Of a stretch of DNA of 59,263 bases, positions 37,790 to 46,733 are shown one piece after another. The stretch is taken from positions 1 through 59,263 of IMG/VR virus record IMGVR_UViG_3300037096_000007; one strand, given 5' to 3'. The notes under the pieces were generated by a model. It had not been told where the DNA came from and ran no database searches. It was given only the letters and a program-made list of their open reading frames with translations. Within the stretch, counting starts at the first letter, position 1. Each line of letters opens with the position of its first letter. The translations under genes and the position numbers were made by a program. This DNA comes from a virus. Taxonomy: Duplodnaviria; Caudoviricetes.

Positions 37790-38194
37790 CTAATGCTTAT
37801 CAATTGGATTGCTTTTGCTATGCAATTGCATCACGTTTGCATTGCTTTTGCTGTGTCTCGCCTCCGCTGCGGCCTGTCGTTTGCTGGAAATGTCAATTGC
37901 CTTCGCTATTTCGCCGTCAAGCTCTAGGTGTCTAAAATCGCTAGTAAAAAAGGCTAAAATCGTAGGTTTCACTCTTTTCCACTCAATTGGCCTCATACAG
38001 GCAATTTGAGCGAGTTCGTCGTCATCAGTCGGGATGGTTCCGTTGATCCAATAGTGCATGATTAGAAGCAGATAGGCACCATGCTTGGCGGCGTTCAAAT
38101 GCGCCGTTTTGGCTTTATAATCAGTGATATAGAGGGGCATCCAAGGTCGTTTCAAAGTGTTCTTTCTCCGACAAATTGAGCGATCAATCGCCAT
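37790..38194 (-). CDS. DUF1376/YdaU-type replication initiator (short; real start near PWMPLYI)
   Basis: PWMPLYITDY..TAHLNAAKHGAYLLLIMHYW..G.IP.DD. Confidence 0.8.
   Translation of the reverse strand: MAIDRSICRRKNTLKRPWMPLYITDYKAKTAHLNAAKHGAYLLLIMHYWINGTIPTDDDELAQIACMRPIEWKRVKPTILAFFTSDFRHLELDGEIAKAIDISSKRQAAAEARHSKSNANVMQLHSKSNPIDKH
37808..37852. repeat. Iteron-like direct repeat ATTGCTTTTGCT x2 (candidate origin)
   Basis: Copies at 37808 and 37841, followed by a strongly purine/pyrimidine-skewed tract at 37672-37790. Confidence 0.4.
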
Positions 38195-38550
38195 GATCGG
38201 GCCGTCCCTATACGATAAGGCCGAGAGGACCGTGAAACACGAGATGGCCAGAAAGAACCCCGTGGATAATTCAAATTGTGCGATGCGGCATATTTGGCGG
38301 CGCCGTCTGCAGCAATTGTGTGGTCGCGGTATAAAAATGCCCCTATGTGGTTGATTGAGCGAGATGTTTCGGAGAGCGCGCGATAATAAAACTCATGCCG
38401 CGCCGCAACAAGAGGCGCAAACCGGCGCCTCGATTGTATTTGGCGGACAGTTAGGTGATGCTTGTGACAAACCTCGATAGCAATCCGCCGCAAGGGCGGA
38501 ACAGGCTTGCCCGCCAAAATGATTGTGGATATATCTTGTAGCAATTCCAT
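38152..38550 (-). CDS. DnaA C-terminal (domain IV)-like HTH protein
   Basis: IAIEVC..H.LTV..I.S.RR...LVAARH..YY...SIN.IG..L.RDHT. Confidence 0.75.
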   Translation of the reverse strand: MELLQDISTIILAGKPVPPLRRIAIEVCHKHHLTVRQIQSRRRFAPLVAARHEFYYRALSETSRSINHIGAFLYRDHTIAADGAAKYAASHNLNYPRGSFWPSRVSRSSRPYRIGTARSWRLIAQFVGERTL

Positions 38551-38596
38551 GGCTGTGTTCCCTACAGCTTGTGGACACGCCCAATTTCAGGGCGCA

Positions 38597-38625
38597 GGGC
38601 TCGGTGACGCCTCATCACCGAGCCC
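38597..38625. terminator. Hairpin GGGCTCGGTGA-N7-TCACCGAGCCC
   Basis: 11-bp perfect inverted repeat downstream of the RuvC-like gene. Confidence 0.45.
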
Positions 38626-38651
38626 AAACTTTATGCCCCTTCACGCGATTG

Positions 38652-39185
38652 TCAACGATTTATTGCGACGGCGCCGAGCGGCCCAAGATCGAACCGCATT
38701 TTGCGCGCGGCTTCCGGGTAAAGCTGATGGATCATATAAAACCGCAATGCGAGCGCATCGGCCTGGTTGTCATCCGTCACGCGATAGCCGCGCGCCATCG
38801 CCATTTCAATCATCGCCGGTTTTTTCGCCCACCCGTCGCCGGTCCAGAATTGTTTGATTGTTGACGGCTGCGCTTCCTCGCATCTGATTTGTTGCTCGGC
38901 GCAATGCAATTGCACGAGCGCGGCCATCCCGTACAGTCGGCGCAACGTCGTGAGCCGAGCTTGACGCGGTAGGATCGGCGATTCAAAAATAACAATCTCA
39001 GGATTTGTTTGTTTGATGATGGCGAGCAGCCAGCGATTGAAAACCTGCATGAACGTTCCAACATCGGTCGGCGGCGCTTTGAAAATCTCGGTGCCGAACA
39101 ATGGCCGCTGATGCACATAGCCGCTTGTCCAGCCGGTTTTGCCGGACAGATCGAGCGATACGAGCATAGGGCCGATGGTGTCCAT
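38652..39185 (-). CDS. RuvC-like Holliday junction resolvase
   Basis: SLDLSGKTGW, VIFESP, PSTIKQFWTGDGWAKK, DDNQADALAL. Confidence 0.82.
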   Translation of the reverse strand: MDTIGPMLVSLDLSGKTGWTSGYVHQRPLFGTEIFKAPPTDVGTFMQVFNRWLLAIIKQTNPEIVIFESPILPRQARLTTLRRLYGMAALVQLHCAEQQIRCEEAQPSTIKQFWTGDGWAKKPAMIEMAMARGYRVTDDNQADALALRFYMIHQLYPEAARKMRFDLGPLGAVAINR

Positions 39186-39302
39186 TTTGTGCCATATATA
39201 GCGTTTTCAACGCTTTAGCACACAATATATGGGGATGCAAAATAGGGCTTGCAATTTCCGAATTTATGGTTTTATGTGGCGTTACCGATAGGGGATAACG
39301 TC

Positions 39303-39515
39303 TTGGACAAAAAAATAACCCAAACCGACGTGCGGAAAGAACTTCGCGCTTGCGCCGCCAATGCGGGCAGTGTTCGCAAGCTGGCGATCATGATGGACCT
39401 CTCGCACGTTTACGTCGCCAACGTCATTCGCGGATTGCGTGAGCCGGGACCATCGGTGTGCCGCTATCTCGGATTGCGTCGTGTCGCTGAGATTTATTTC
39501 GAGAGGATCAGATGA
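39303..39515 (+). CDS. Cro/XRE-like HTH regulator
   Basis: GSVRKLAIMMDLSHVYVANVIRGLREPG...LGL; first gene of the rightward arm. Confidence 0.7.
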   Translation: MDKKITQTDVRKELRACAANAGSVRKLAIMMDLSHVYVANVIRGLREPGPSVCRYLGLRRVAEIYFERIR

Positions 39516-39733
39516 AAGTAAAATTACAGGAAATTCCTGTTCAAATCTTGAATGTCAATGACGACGATATTCTTATATTGCGCATTGATCCTGAAATGGA
39601 CGAAGAACAGCGGTATTATCTTAGGCACGCTTTAAGTAGCGCATTGCTGGATGCTGGCAAAAATAATCCCGTGCGTTGCATCTCCAAAGATGTTGATTTG
39701 GCTGTCGTCAAGTCTGAGGACGCAAAATCATGA
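39512..39733 (+). CDS. Hypothetical protein
   Basis: ATGA-coupled on both sides. Confidence 0.55.
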   Translation: MKVKLQEIPVQILNVNDDDILILRIDPEMDEEQRYYLRHALSSALLDAGKNNPVRCISKDVDLAVVKSEDAKS

Positions 39734-40662
39734 CCGACCAATTCGCAGGATGGCGCGCATTGCTCGCTGGTGAGCCGGTTCAATTCGACGGCAATGATCC
39801 GCTGCCGGGATATTATCGCATCCGCAAGGGACGCGGGTCGGATGAATGGTCGCCGGTTGGGGTTTGGGAGGACGGCGGCACGGTACTCGTTTTCCTTAAT
39901 AGCAAATCGGTCCCCGTTGACCGCGTATGGCCCTATTGCGCCAAAAACCCGATTACCTACGAGGTTTATGCCGCCGTAGCCGAGCGGGGCGAGCCGTGGC
40001 CGGATTTGCACCCTGCCGTGACCCGTCACCATAATAATGCCCCGCCCGCCAACTCATTGGAAGCGTTGACGGAAGCCATAAACGACCTCGCTAGAGAGGC
40101 CAAAACCATGATCGAGCATGGCGCGGCCAAGTCTCAGGATGAATCCGACAGAGCTGCGGACCTCTCGAATGAGATCGCCAAGCTATGGAAACGGGCCGAT
40201 AAGGCGCGGGCGGATGAAGGCCAGCCGTCCTTAGACGCTGTACGGGCTATAAATGACCGCTGGCGAGGGATTTTAGAGGCGGCCAATATCTACAAGGCCC
40301 TTAAGGATAGCGTCTGCTTACCCTTCCTAGCGGCGCGGAAAGCCGCAAAGGCTAAGGCCGAGTCTGAGGCCCGCGAACAGGCCGAATCCGCCACCAAAGC
40401 CGGAAGGGCTGAGGAAGCTGTCGAGGCTGCCAAACGAGCCGACGCCATAGCCGCTACCAAGACCACGGCTGGCACCCGTGGCCGCGCGGTCCATTTGCAG
40501 GAGCGCGTCACCGTGACGATAATCGACCGTCACAAGGTCATGGCGTTTTTCTCGAATAATCAAAAGCTGATCGACGTGCTGCAATCGCTGGCGCAGGATG
40601 CCGTAGCGGCTGGCGTCGAGGTTCCGGGAACGAAAGTTGGGAAAGAGGATAAGGCGCGATGA
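39730..40662 (+). CDS. Conserved alphaproteobacterial phage protein (coiled coil; recombination-module partner)
   Basis: PGYYR...W.PVGVW, HNNAPP, C-terminal VPG motif; precedes ERF. Confidence 0.6.
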   Translation: MTDQFAGWRALLAGEPVQFDGNDPLPGYYRIRKGRGSDEWSPVGVWEDGGTVLVFLNSKSVPVDRVWPYCAKNPITYEVYAAVAERGEPWPDLHPAVTRHHNNAPPANSLEALTEAINDLAREAKTMIEHGAAKSQDESDRAADLSNEIAKLWKRADKARADEGQPSLDAVRAINDRWRGILEAANIYKALKDSVCLPFLAARKAAKAKAESEAREQAESATKAGRAEEAVEAAKRADAIAATKTTAGTRGRAVHLQERVTVTIIDRHKVMAFFSNNQKLIDVLQSLAQDAVAAGVEVPGTKVGKEDKAR

Positions 40663-41771
40663 ATACCGACACAGCCGAACAAGATGTTCAATTCGCGGAA
40701 TTAGAGACGTTGGCGAGCAAGGGCGAAATCGCTGTCCGCGAACCGCGCTCGAATGGCGCGATGCCGATCACCGAGCCGTCAACGCCGCCCCCGGCAATCT
40801 CGCGCAACGATGTTGCGGCGCTCGCTGGCGCTATCGCCAAGGTCATGCAGGCGATTGGGATGGTCGAAAAGACCGGCGAGCACCAATATTTCAAATACAG
40901 CTACACGACCATGAATGACATGCTGAAAAAGCTAACCCCGCTCATGGCCGAGAATGGCATCGCCATCATTCAGGATGAAATCAATCGGCATTTTGTCGAA
41001 GGCAATTACGTCGCCGCGTCCTATGAATTCACGATTCTTCACAGCAGCGGCGCAATATGGCCGCACCGCCCTCGATTTACGGGCTTGTCATTGGCAAAAA
41101 GCGAAAAGGGCGGTTTTGATCCCGCATGTCTGAATAAATGCGCCATCGCCGCGCGTAAGTATTTCCTGCTTTCGCTATTCCAAATTCCGGCTGGCGACGT
41201 TGATGATGCGGACCAAGGCGACAATGATCATTCAGCGCCGCCGAAACAAGCCGCACGCGCCAAGGCGCCGAATCCGTCGCAATCAACTACGCCGCCAAAA
41301 CATCAAAAGCCGCAAATGATCGCCGCCGAAGGTAGCCGCGCCGGATGGGTCCAATCATTCAATACCGCCATCGCCGGATGCGAGAACGTTGCCGAATTAT
41401 CGGCATGGAAAAATCTTAACCAAAAGGCGCTGGACGATATCAAGGAGCACGCGCCGAAATTGTTTTCGGATATCGACGCCAATTTCAAGGCGATCGCATC
41501 CAAGTTTGCGCCATCGAAGCCGGAAAAGCCCGTTGCCGATTTCGACCTGGAATCGCCGTCAACATGGGCCGACAATCCCGATGCGCTGCTCAAGGCCGTC
41601 GAGGCCAAATGCAAGACATATTCGGACCAGCCCGATCCGGGTGGATTAGGCGATTGGTTTTACCAGGAAATTGAGGCGCATTTAGTTGACGCTGGCATGA
41701 TGGTGCCGGACCTCGATAAGATAGCCGAGATTTATCAGCGGCATCTTAAGCGGGCGAAGGGTGGATCATGA
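40659..41771 (+). CDS. ERF-family single-strand annealing protein
   Basis: VEKTGEHQYFKYSY, PLMAENGI, ILHSSG, ARKYFLLSLFQIP..D.DD.D. Confidence 0.8.
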   Translation: MNTDTAEQDVQFAELETLASKGEIAVREPRSNGAMPITEPSTPPPAISRNDVAALAGAIAKVMQAIGMVEKTGEHQYFKYSYTTMNDMLKKLTPLMAENGIAIIQDEINRHFVEGNYVAASYEFTILHSSGAIWPHRPRFTGLSLAKSEKGGFDPACLNKCAIAARKYFLLSLFQIPAGDVDDADQGDNDHSAPPKQAARAKAPNPSQSTTPPKHQKPQMIAAEGSRAGWVQSFNTAIAGCENVAELSAWKNLNQKALDDIKEHAPKLFSDIDANFKAIASKFAPSKPEKPVADFDLESPSTWADNPDALLKAVEAKCKTYSDQPDPGGLGDWFYQEIEAHLVDAGMMVPDLDKIAEIYQRHLKRAKGGS

Positions 41772-42034
41772 TGGACATAAAATGGCCTCAACATAAAGCA
41801 TCGCTGACGTTGACACATAACGATCACAAGTCCTATTACCGGACGGTCGCTCAATCAATCGCGGAGGAAGATCACGGATACCGCGACCGCGACTGGATTA
41901 GCGATGAACAAAAACACAAAGCCATAGCGACAAACGATTGCTGGACGCTGCAATGGTATCCTGACACGCCGAGCGGTTTTTGTATGTTTGCTGCTGCTGA
42001 TCTGGATGCGCTGTTGGAAGCAGCAAACGCCTAA
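41768..42034 (+). CDS. Hypothetical protein
   Basis: LTLTHNDHK...WTLQWYPDTP.G motif. Confidence 0.6.
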   Translation: MMDIKWPQHKASLTLTHNDHKSYYRTVAQSIAEEDHGYRDRDWISDEQKHKAIATNDCWTLQWYPDTPSGFCMFAAADLDALLEAANA

Positions 42035-42036
42035 TC

Positions 42037-42471
42037 ATGCCAATCGAAACAACCCTCCGCAAACGACCGGCTAAACATGCAGGCGAGCTAGGTCTATTCC
42101 CGGATTCCGCGCTATCGCACGACGATATGGAATTGCTACCGTCGAATGAGGACATTTGGATTGAGGCGACAACGCCGCGCAATCAAAAGCTGATGCGGTT
42201 TTTGTGGGCGCTCGCAACAAAGCTGGCTTACGGCGGATTATTTGGAGACAAGGACGAGGCAATGTCGGCATTGAAAGTCTCAGCCAAATTCGCACGGTTC
42301 GGATATGATAAACAGGGCCGCATCGTGATCGTGCCGAAATCGTTGGCGCGTGCCAGTGGCATAACACTAGCGCGCCTCGCCGACCGCATGGTGTTTATAA
42401 CATGCACAGAATTGTTGCCTGGAATGGCTGAGGGCGATTTGCGGAACGAGATTGAACGGATGATAGGTTGA
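42037..42471 (+). CDS. DUF1367-like protein
   Basis: PRNQKLMRFLWAL...IVPKSLA. Confidence 0.5.
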   Translation: MPIETTLRKRPAKHAGELGLFPDSALSHDDMELLPSNEDIWIEATTPRNQKLMRFLWALATKLAYGGLFGDKDEAMSALKVSAKFARFGYDKQGRIVIVPKSLARASGITLARLADRMVFITCTELLPGMAEGDLRNEIERMIG

Positions 42472-42719
42472 AGACCATGCGATTTATGCCTCATCCGCTG
42501 TCTCTCAGTATTTTAGAATTGAGATATGCGTATTGCGCATTGGCTGGTAAATTTTCCTTCATGATTGTGAAACAGGACGATGGGAAATGGTACACAAGCT
42601 GGCAAGATCGCAAAAACGGCGGCAGCGCATCAAATACGATTGAAGGACCATTCCTCGGCCGTGATAAAGCAGAGGCGAATTGTCGGCACATCTTCAAAAG
42701 TTTACAGCAAAAACAATAA
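42468..42719 (+). CDS. Hypothetical protein
   Basis: Coupled ORF. Confidence 0.45.
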   Translation: MKTMRFMPHPLSLSILELRYAYCALAGKFSFMIVKQDDGKWYTSWQDRKNGGSASNTIEGPFLGRDKAEANCRHIFKSLQQKQ

Positions 42720-42750
42720 ATTTATTTGTGATTGAACAGGGAACAGAAAA

Positions 42751-43296
42751 ATGTCCACCAAACGGGGCGAAGGCGTAACAGCCGCGTGGCTTCATTCTCA
42801 CGCCAGTTATGACGGGTCGGATTGCCTGATCTGGCCCTTCGCGCGCACGACTGCTGGCTATGGCTGCTTTGGTCATGAAGGCGAGCATTATCGCGCACAC
42901 CGCTATATGTGCCGCCTTGTGAATGGGCCACCGCCAACGCCGAAACACGAAGCTGCTCACTCTTGCGGACGTGGCCACGACGCCTGCGTGCATCCGAAGC
43001 ATCTTTCGTGGAAAACACGGAAAGAAAATCAAGACGATAGGATAGCGCATGGCACGGTGCCAAAGCGACCGCGCCGTGTGATGCTGACACCCGAGCAGGT
43101 TATCGAGATTCGTGCGGCGCAAGGCAGGGAAACGACGGCCTCGTTGATGGCGCGATTTAATACCTCGCATTCAAACATTCTGGATATTCAGCGTGGCGTC
43201 ACTTGGAAGGGTGGCATAGCGGGTAAGGGCGGCTTTGCCGTCAAGCCCTATCGCGGCGGTCGTCCGAAAGTTTGTTCCCTTCCCAAGGCTGAGTAA
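42751..43296 (+). CDS. HNH (homing-type) endonuclease
   Basis: CLIWPF..AGYG...AHRYMC..VNGPPP...AAHSCG...CVHPKHLSWKTRKEN..D...HG; C-terminal LTPEQV.EIR HTH. Confidence 0.85.
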   Translation: MSTKRGEGVTAAWLHSHASYDGSDCLIWPFARTTAGYGCFGHEGEHYRAHRYMCRLVNGPPPTPKHEAAHSCGRGHDACVHPKHLSWKTRKENQDDRIAHGTVPKRPRRVMLTPEQVIEIRAAQGRETTASLMARFNTSHSNILDIQRGVTWKGGIAGKGGFAVKPYRGGRPKVCSLPKAE

Positions 43297-43297
43297 G

Positions 43298-43579
43298 ATG
43301 AAGCTGCGCCCGGAAACGATCAAAGTCCTCAAATGTCTTGCAGACAATTACGATACCTATGAGGGCTTTCATTACCACACCTTCAATGGCATTTGCAGTG
43401 AGACTAGCTTGAATCGCCCGACCGTTCGCAGAGCGTGTCGGTTGCTCACACGAAAGGGTCTGGCACAATTCGGGCGTGGCCTTTGGACTGAAGATGGGAC
43501 ACCAGCCGGAAGCGGCTATGCCGCCACGAGCGCCGGAAAAGAGTTCGTAGTCTCCGGGGGTGAGAGAACAGATGGCTGA
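43298..43579 (+). CDS. Winged-helix-like protein
   Basis: ICSETSLNRPTVRRACRLL.RKGL. Confidence 0.5.
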   Translation: MKLRPETIKVLKCLADNYDTYEGFHYHTFNGICSETSLNRPTVRRACRLLTRKGLAQFGRGLWTEDGTPAGSGYAATSAGKEFVVSGGERTDG

Positions 43580-43820
43580 CCGCGATCCTATTGTTGATCC
43601 AAAGCCCGGCGATGTCGTCAGGTCTTGCTATGTGACGATTGGCGAAAGACACGTGACGCACGTCAACGACTGTGGCGTGACCTACAAGCGCGTTCGCCCG
43701 AATGGTCGGCGATATGATGGCTACTGCCTTCCTGGCATCTGGACGAAATGGTGTCGCTCGCACTACGTCGCGATCATGCTACGCGCCGAATAATCGGCAT
43801 GCTCACTAGGACTCCATGCG

Positions 43821-44021
43821 ATGAAAACGAAACGGCATAAAGCGCAACATGAGCTTGTTGTCTTTCTTGCGCTGTGGGCCGACCGATATCAGCGTGATTA
43901 TGGCCTCGATGGCCTGCATCCAACTCATTATGATTTGATGGAAAAGTACGGCGCAAGAATGAATAGCTTCAAACGCGCAACAAACGCCGTGGTCGCTTCT
44001 GCTCAGGAAACAGAAAAATGA
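43821..44021 (+). CDS. Hypothetical protein
   Basis: ORF track. Confidence 0.5.
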   Translation: MKTKRHKAQHELVVFLALWADRYQRDYGLDGLHPTHYDLMEKYGARMNSFKRATNAVVASAQETEK

Positions 44022-44234
44022 AATTCGCTACCAACCTCTACGGACTTCGTGCAGCGAAACGAATTGTTCGCAATGGGCGCGCTACGGTCAAAGGAGAAAC
44101 TGACCCATACGCGAAAGGATTTCGCGCCGCGCTGCGCCAAGCGGAGTTCGATATTCAAGCCGAGATTGAGGAAATTAGAAACTTCACATCCGCCAAGTTG
44201 GTGGTCAAGACTGCTCAGGAAACGGAAAGATGAA
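43999..44234 (+). repeat. 24-bp imperfect direct repeats CTGCTCAGGAAACRGAAARATGAA flanking gene 44018-44233
   Basis: Copies at 43999 and 44211, two mismatches. Confidence 0.7.
44018..44233 (+). CDS. Hypothetical protein
   Basis: ORF bounded by direct repeats. Confidence 0.5.
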   Translation: MKFATNLYGLRAAKRIVRNGRATVKGETDPYAKGFRAALRQAEFDIQAEIEEIRNFTSAKLVVKTAQETER

Positions 44235-44349
44235 CAAAGATCATGATGAAACGCGCACGCCCGCCGAAGAATTGGCGGTGGCAATTGTTGACATCATGCT
44301 TATCCGGTTGCCACACACAAACGCTGAGACCTACTAGGGATAGAGACAA

Positions 44350-44742
44350 ATGAGAACTATCACAGTCGAGGAATTTCAGGCCGAGTTGAAAGCGCAAGGC
44401 GTGCGCTCGCATGAACACTCTGCCTTCCGATGCGTAATGTGCGGCACGATCCAATCCGGACGCGATCTCATAGACGCGGGCGCTGGTAAGACTTTCGACG
44501 ATATTGAAAAATTCGTCGGCTTTTCGTGCGTCGGGCGATGGACGAAAGCCGGGCCGCACAAGAAGGGCAATCCTCCGGGCATCGGCTGCGATTGGACGCT
44601 TGGCGGTCTCTTCACCCTGCACGATCTGGCGGTAAAGACCGCTGACGGGAAAGAACATCCCCGCTTTGAGCTTGCAACGCCGCAAGAGGCGCAAACCCTC
44701 CAAGCTAAACACGAAACACAAGATGCAGGGCTGTGTGTCTAA
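44350..44742 (+). CDS. VVA0879-like Cys-rich phage protein
   Basis: FRCVMCGTIQS..D, GFSCVGRW, GCDWTLGGLF. Confidence 0.65.
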   Translation: MRTITVEEFQAELKAQGVRSHEHSAFRCVMCGTIQSGRDLIDAGAGKTFDDIEKFVGFSCVGRWTKAGPHKKGNPPGIGCDWTLGGLFTLHDLAVKTADGKEHPRFELATPQEAQTLQAKHETQDAGLCV

Positions 44743-44868
44743 ACCGGATAAGCACGGTTGACATGATTAATGCGGGGCACCTTCGCGGAAAAGATCAGCA
44801 TCCCCGGTTTGCTAGACTTGTTCAGGCAATAGATCGTGCGCTCAAGACCGCTGAGTGAGGGAGCAAAC

Positions 44869-45162
44869 ATGGCCCTTAGTGAAACAAGTAAAGGTGAGGT
44901 TGCCTCGTTCGTGAAAGAGCGCGATGAAATATTAATGGCTTGCGACGTTGACCAAATGTACGCCTTCCATGCGAAGCACAATCCATGCCGTCGGTTTCCA
45001 AACCGGGCGGTTGCCGAGATCGCGCTGCATAAAGCTAGAACTGCCGCTAAAAACCTTCCGATGTTTGCTCGGGTACTATCGAAGCAATGGCTCGAAGAGC
45101 GCGGCTATACGTCGCTGGACGACGGCGACGTGAATACGACTCCACTTTCTCCCACAAAGTGA
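44869..45162 (+). CDS. Hypothetical protein
   Basis: GAGGGAG RBS; ALHKART...SKQWL..RGY. Confidence 0.55.
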   Translation: MALSETSKGEVASFVKERDEILMACDVDQMYAFHAKHNPCRRFPNRAVAEIALHKARTAAKNLPMFARVLSKQWLEERGYTSLDDGDVNTTPLSPTK

Positions 45163-45164
45163 AC

Positions 45165-45653
45165 ATGAACCACTACCTTGAAAACGACGCGGTGATCTCG
45201 GATTGCGGCAAGTATCGCTATTTGCTGCGCCGGACTTGGGACCATAAGAAGCCGCGCGCCATGCTGGTCATGCTCAATCCGTCTACCGCAGACGCCAAGA
45301 AGGACGATGCTACGATCCGTTCCTGCGTTCGATTGCTGTCCGGGCTTGGCTACGGCAGCATGGAAGTGGTCAACGTGTTCGGTTTCCGCGCGACCAAGCC
45401 TGATGAGCTTTTGAAGGCCGCTGATCCTTGCGGTCCTCGGAACGAGGATTGTGTGCGAGCGGCAATTAAGCGGTGCGACATTGCGATTGTCGCGTGGGGA
45501 GCATGGCCGCCAGCAGACCAAGCCAGCATCTATATCCGCAATGCCATTCGGGCAGAGCGACCGGCGATGTTCTGTTTCGGCAAGACTCAATCCGGGGCGC
45601 CGCGTCATCCGCTGTACGTAAAAAGTGGAACGCCGCTCGAAACCTTTGCGTAG
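45165..45653 (+). CDS. DUF1643 family protein
   Basis: AVISDCGKYRYLL.R.W, MLNPSTAD..DD.TIR, AWG, G.PRHPLY. Confidence 0.85.
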   Translation: MNHYLENDAVISDCGKYRYLLRRTWDHKKPRAMLVMLNPSTADAKKDDATIRSCVRLLSGLGYGSMEVVNVFGFRATKPDELLKAADPCGPRNEDCVRAAIKRCDIAIVAWGAWPPADQASIYIRNAIRAERPAMFCFGKTQSGAPRHPLYVKSGTPLETFA

Positions 45654-45683
45654 TTCTAAGACCACAGGAAACACAAAATAATT

Positions 45684-45733
45684 GCCCTAGGGCTATTTTA
45701 CCCCCTTGACTTGGCCCTAGGGCCCTGTATCTT
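45684..45733 (+). promoter_or_regulatory. Sigma70-like promoter TTGACT-N16-TATCTT with two GCCCTAGGGC palindromic operators
   Basis: Palindromes at 45684-45693 and 45714-45723; the second lies between -35 and -10. Confidence 0.65.
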
Positions 45734-45773
45734 AGGCTTTGTCGAGGGCAATCAGGCCCAGATGGAGAGACAG

Positions 45774-45956
45774 ATGGCTAAGGCACATTTCAAGTTTGCG
45801 CCCGGCGATCAGGTTCAAGACCTAACCTTCGATCCGCCGCCGAGCGGCATCGTGGTTGCCAAGCACGATAAGCCAGACGCCTATTATGTGCGGCTGGAAA
45901 ATGGAGCCAACGACGTTGTGATCCACGCGCGCAACCTTCGTATGCTGGAGGGCTGA
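45774..45956 (+). CDS. Small SH3/KOW-like protein
   Basis: GGAG RBS; FAPGDQV...GIVV...YYVRL. Confidence 0.5.
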   Translation: MAKAHFKFAPGDQVQDLTFDPPPSGIVVAKHDKPDAYYVRLENGANDVVIHARNLRMLEG

Positions 45957-45959
45957 GCC

Positions 45960-46142
45960 ATGATCCGGTTCATTGGACGCGACCTGCGCGGCATCAAACG
46001 AGTTTGGGGCGAAGGCGCCACAGAGGTTGAAGCCGCCGCAGAGTGCGAAAAGGCGATTAACGAATACGTGAAACGGCGGCCGGACTGCTGGCCGATGCAG
46101 ATGGAGCGTGTTCCCGATAGTGAGGCGCAATACTATCCATGA
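45960..46142 (+). CDS. Hypothetical protein
   Basis: GGAGG RBS. Confidence 0.5.
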   Translation: MIRFIGRDLRGIKRVWGEGATEVEAAAECEKAINEYVKRRPDCWPMQMERVPDSEAQYYP

Positions 46143-46321
46143 CGGCAACTCAATTTCGCGCCATGCTGAAACGTCTCAAGCTGTCTCAGCGTGGCGCGGC
46201 TCGTCTGTTCAAGGTGGACGAACGCACGGCCCGACGATGGGCGTTAGGTGAGCGCAACGTGCCGGTTGCCGTCGCGGTCAAGCTCAGTGAACTTGTAGAG
46301 GGCGCCAATGCTTTCCGCTGA
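46139..46321 (+). CDS. XRE-type HTH repressor
   Basis: MTATQFRAML.RL.LSQRGAARLFKVDERTARRW..G. Confidence 0.75.
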   Translation: MTATQFRAMLKRLKLSQRGAARLFKVDERTARRWALGERNVPVAVAVKLSELVEGANAFR

Positions 46322-46538
46322 GGAATGCCACGCCAAGCGCAACGAGCTTAACGCCATGGCGCGCAAGGCCAGGAAGGCCGGTGACGAAGCCTTGGAGAGC
46401 CGCTGCCGTATTCTGGCGCAAAATCTTCGCCTGATGGCTACCGACAATGCTTATTTTATTCGCGAGCGCGCGGCGGCGATGTACGAGAAAAACAAGTTTC
46501 GGTTTGAGCGGGATATGGCGCGCACGGTCGGCGCATAG
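46308..46538 (+). CDS. Hypothetical protein
   Basis: ORF track; GAGGG RBS. Confidence 0.45.
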   Translation: MLSAEECHAKRNELNAMARKARKAGDEALESRCRILAQNLRLMATDNAYFIRERAAAMYEKNKFRFERDMARTVGA

Positions 46539-46550
46539 GAGTGTGGGATA

Positions 46551-46733
46551 ATGGGCCTCAAATATACAGTCGAGACTATCGGTGAACTCAAGAAAGCAAT
46601 CGCGCTTATTCCCGAGGACGTGACGTTCCAGTGTGAGTTCGACGGCACGGACTATCGGAAACTTGACGTGCAGCTTTGCTACGACTTCGATCCAGAAGCG
46701 CGGTTCGTGAAGTTCACGTTGCCGGAAGATTGA
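46551..46733 (+). CDS. Hypothetical protein
   Basis: TIGELKKAI motif. Confidence 0.45.
   Translation: MGLKYTVETIGELKKAIALIPEDVTFQCEFDGTDYRKLDVQLCYDFDPEARFVKFTLPED

Noticed and set aside
37770-37792. Amber stop-codon reassignment
   Set aside because: Readthrough meets TAG TAA five codons later; long genes are intact under the standard code and no suppressor tRNA is seen
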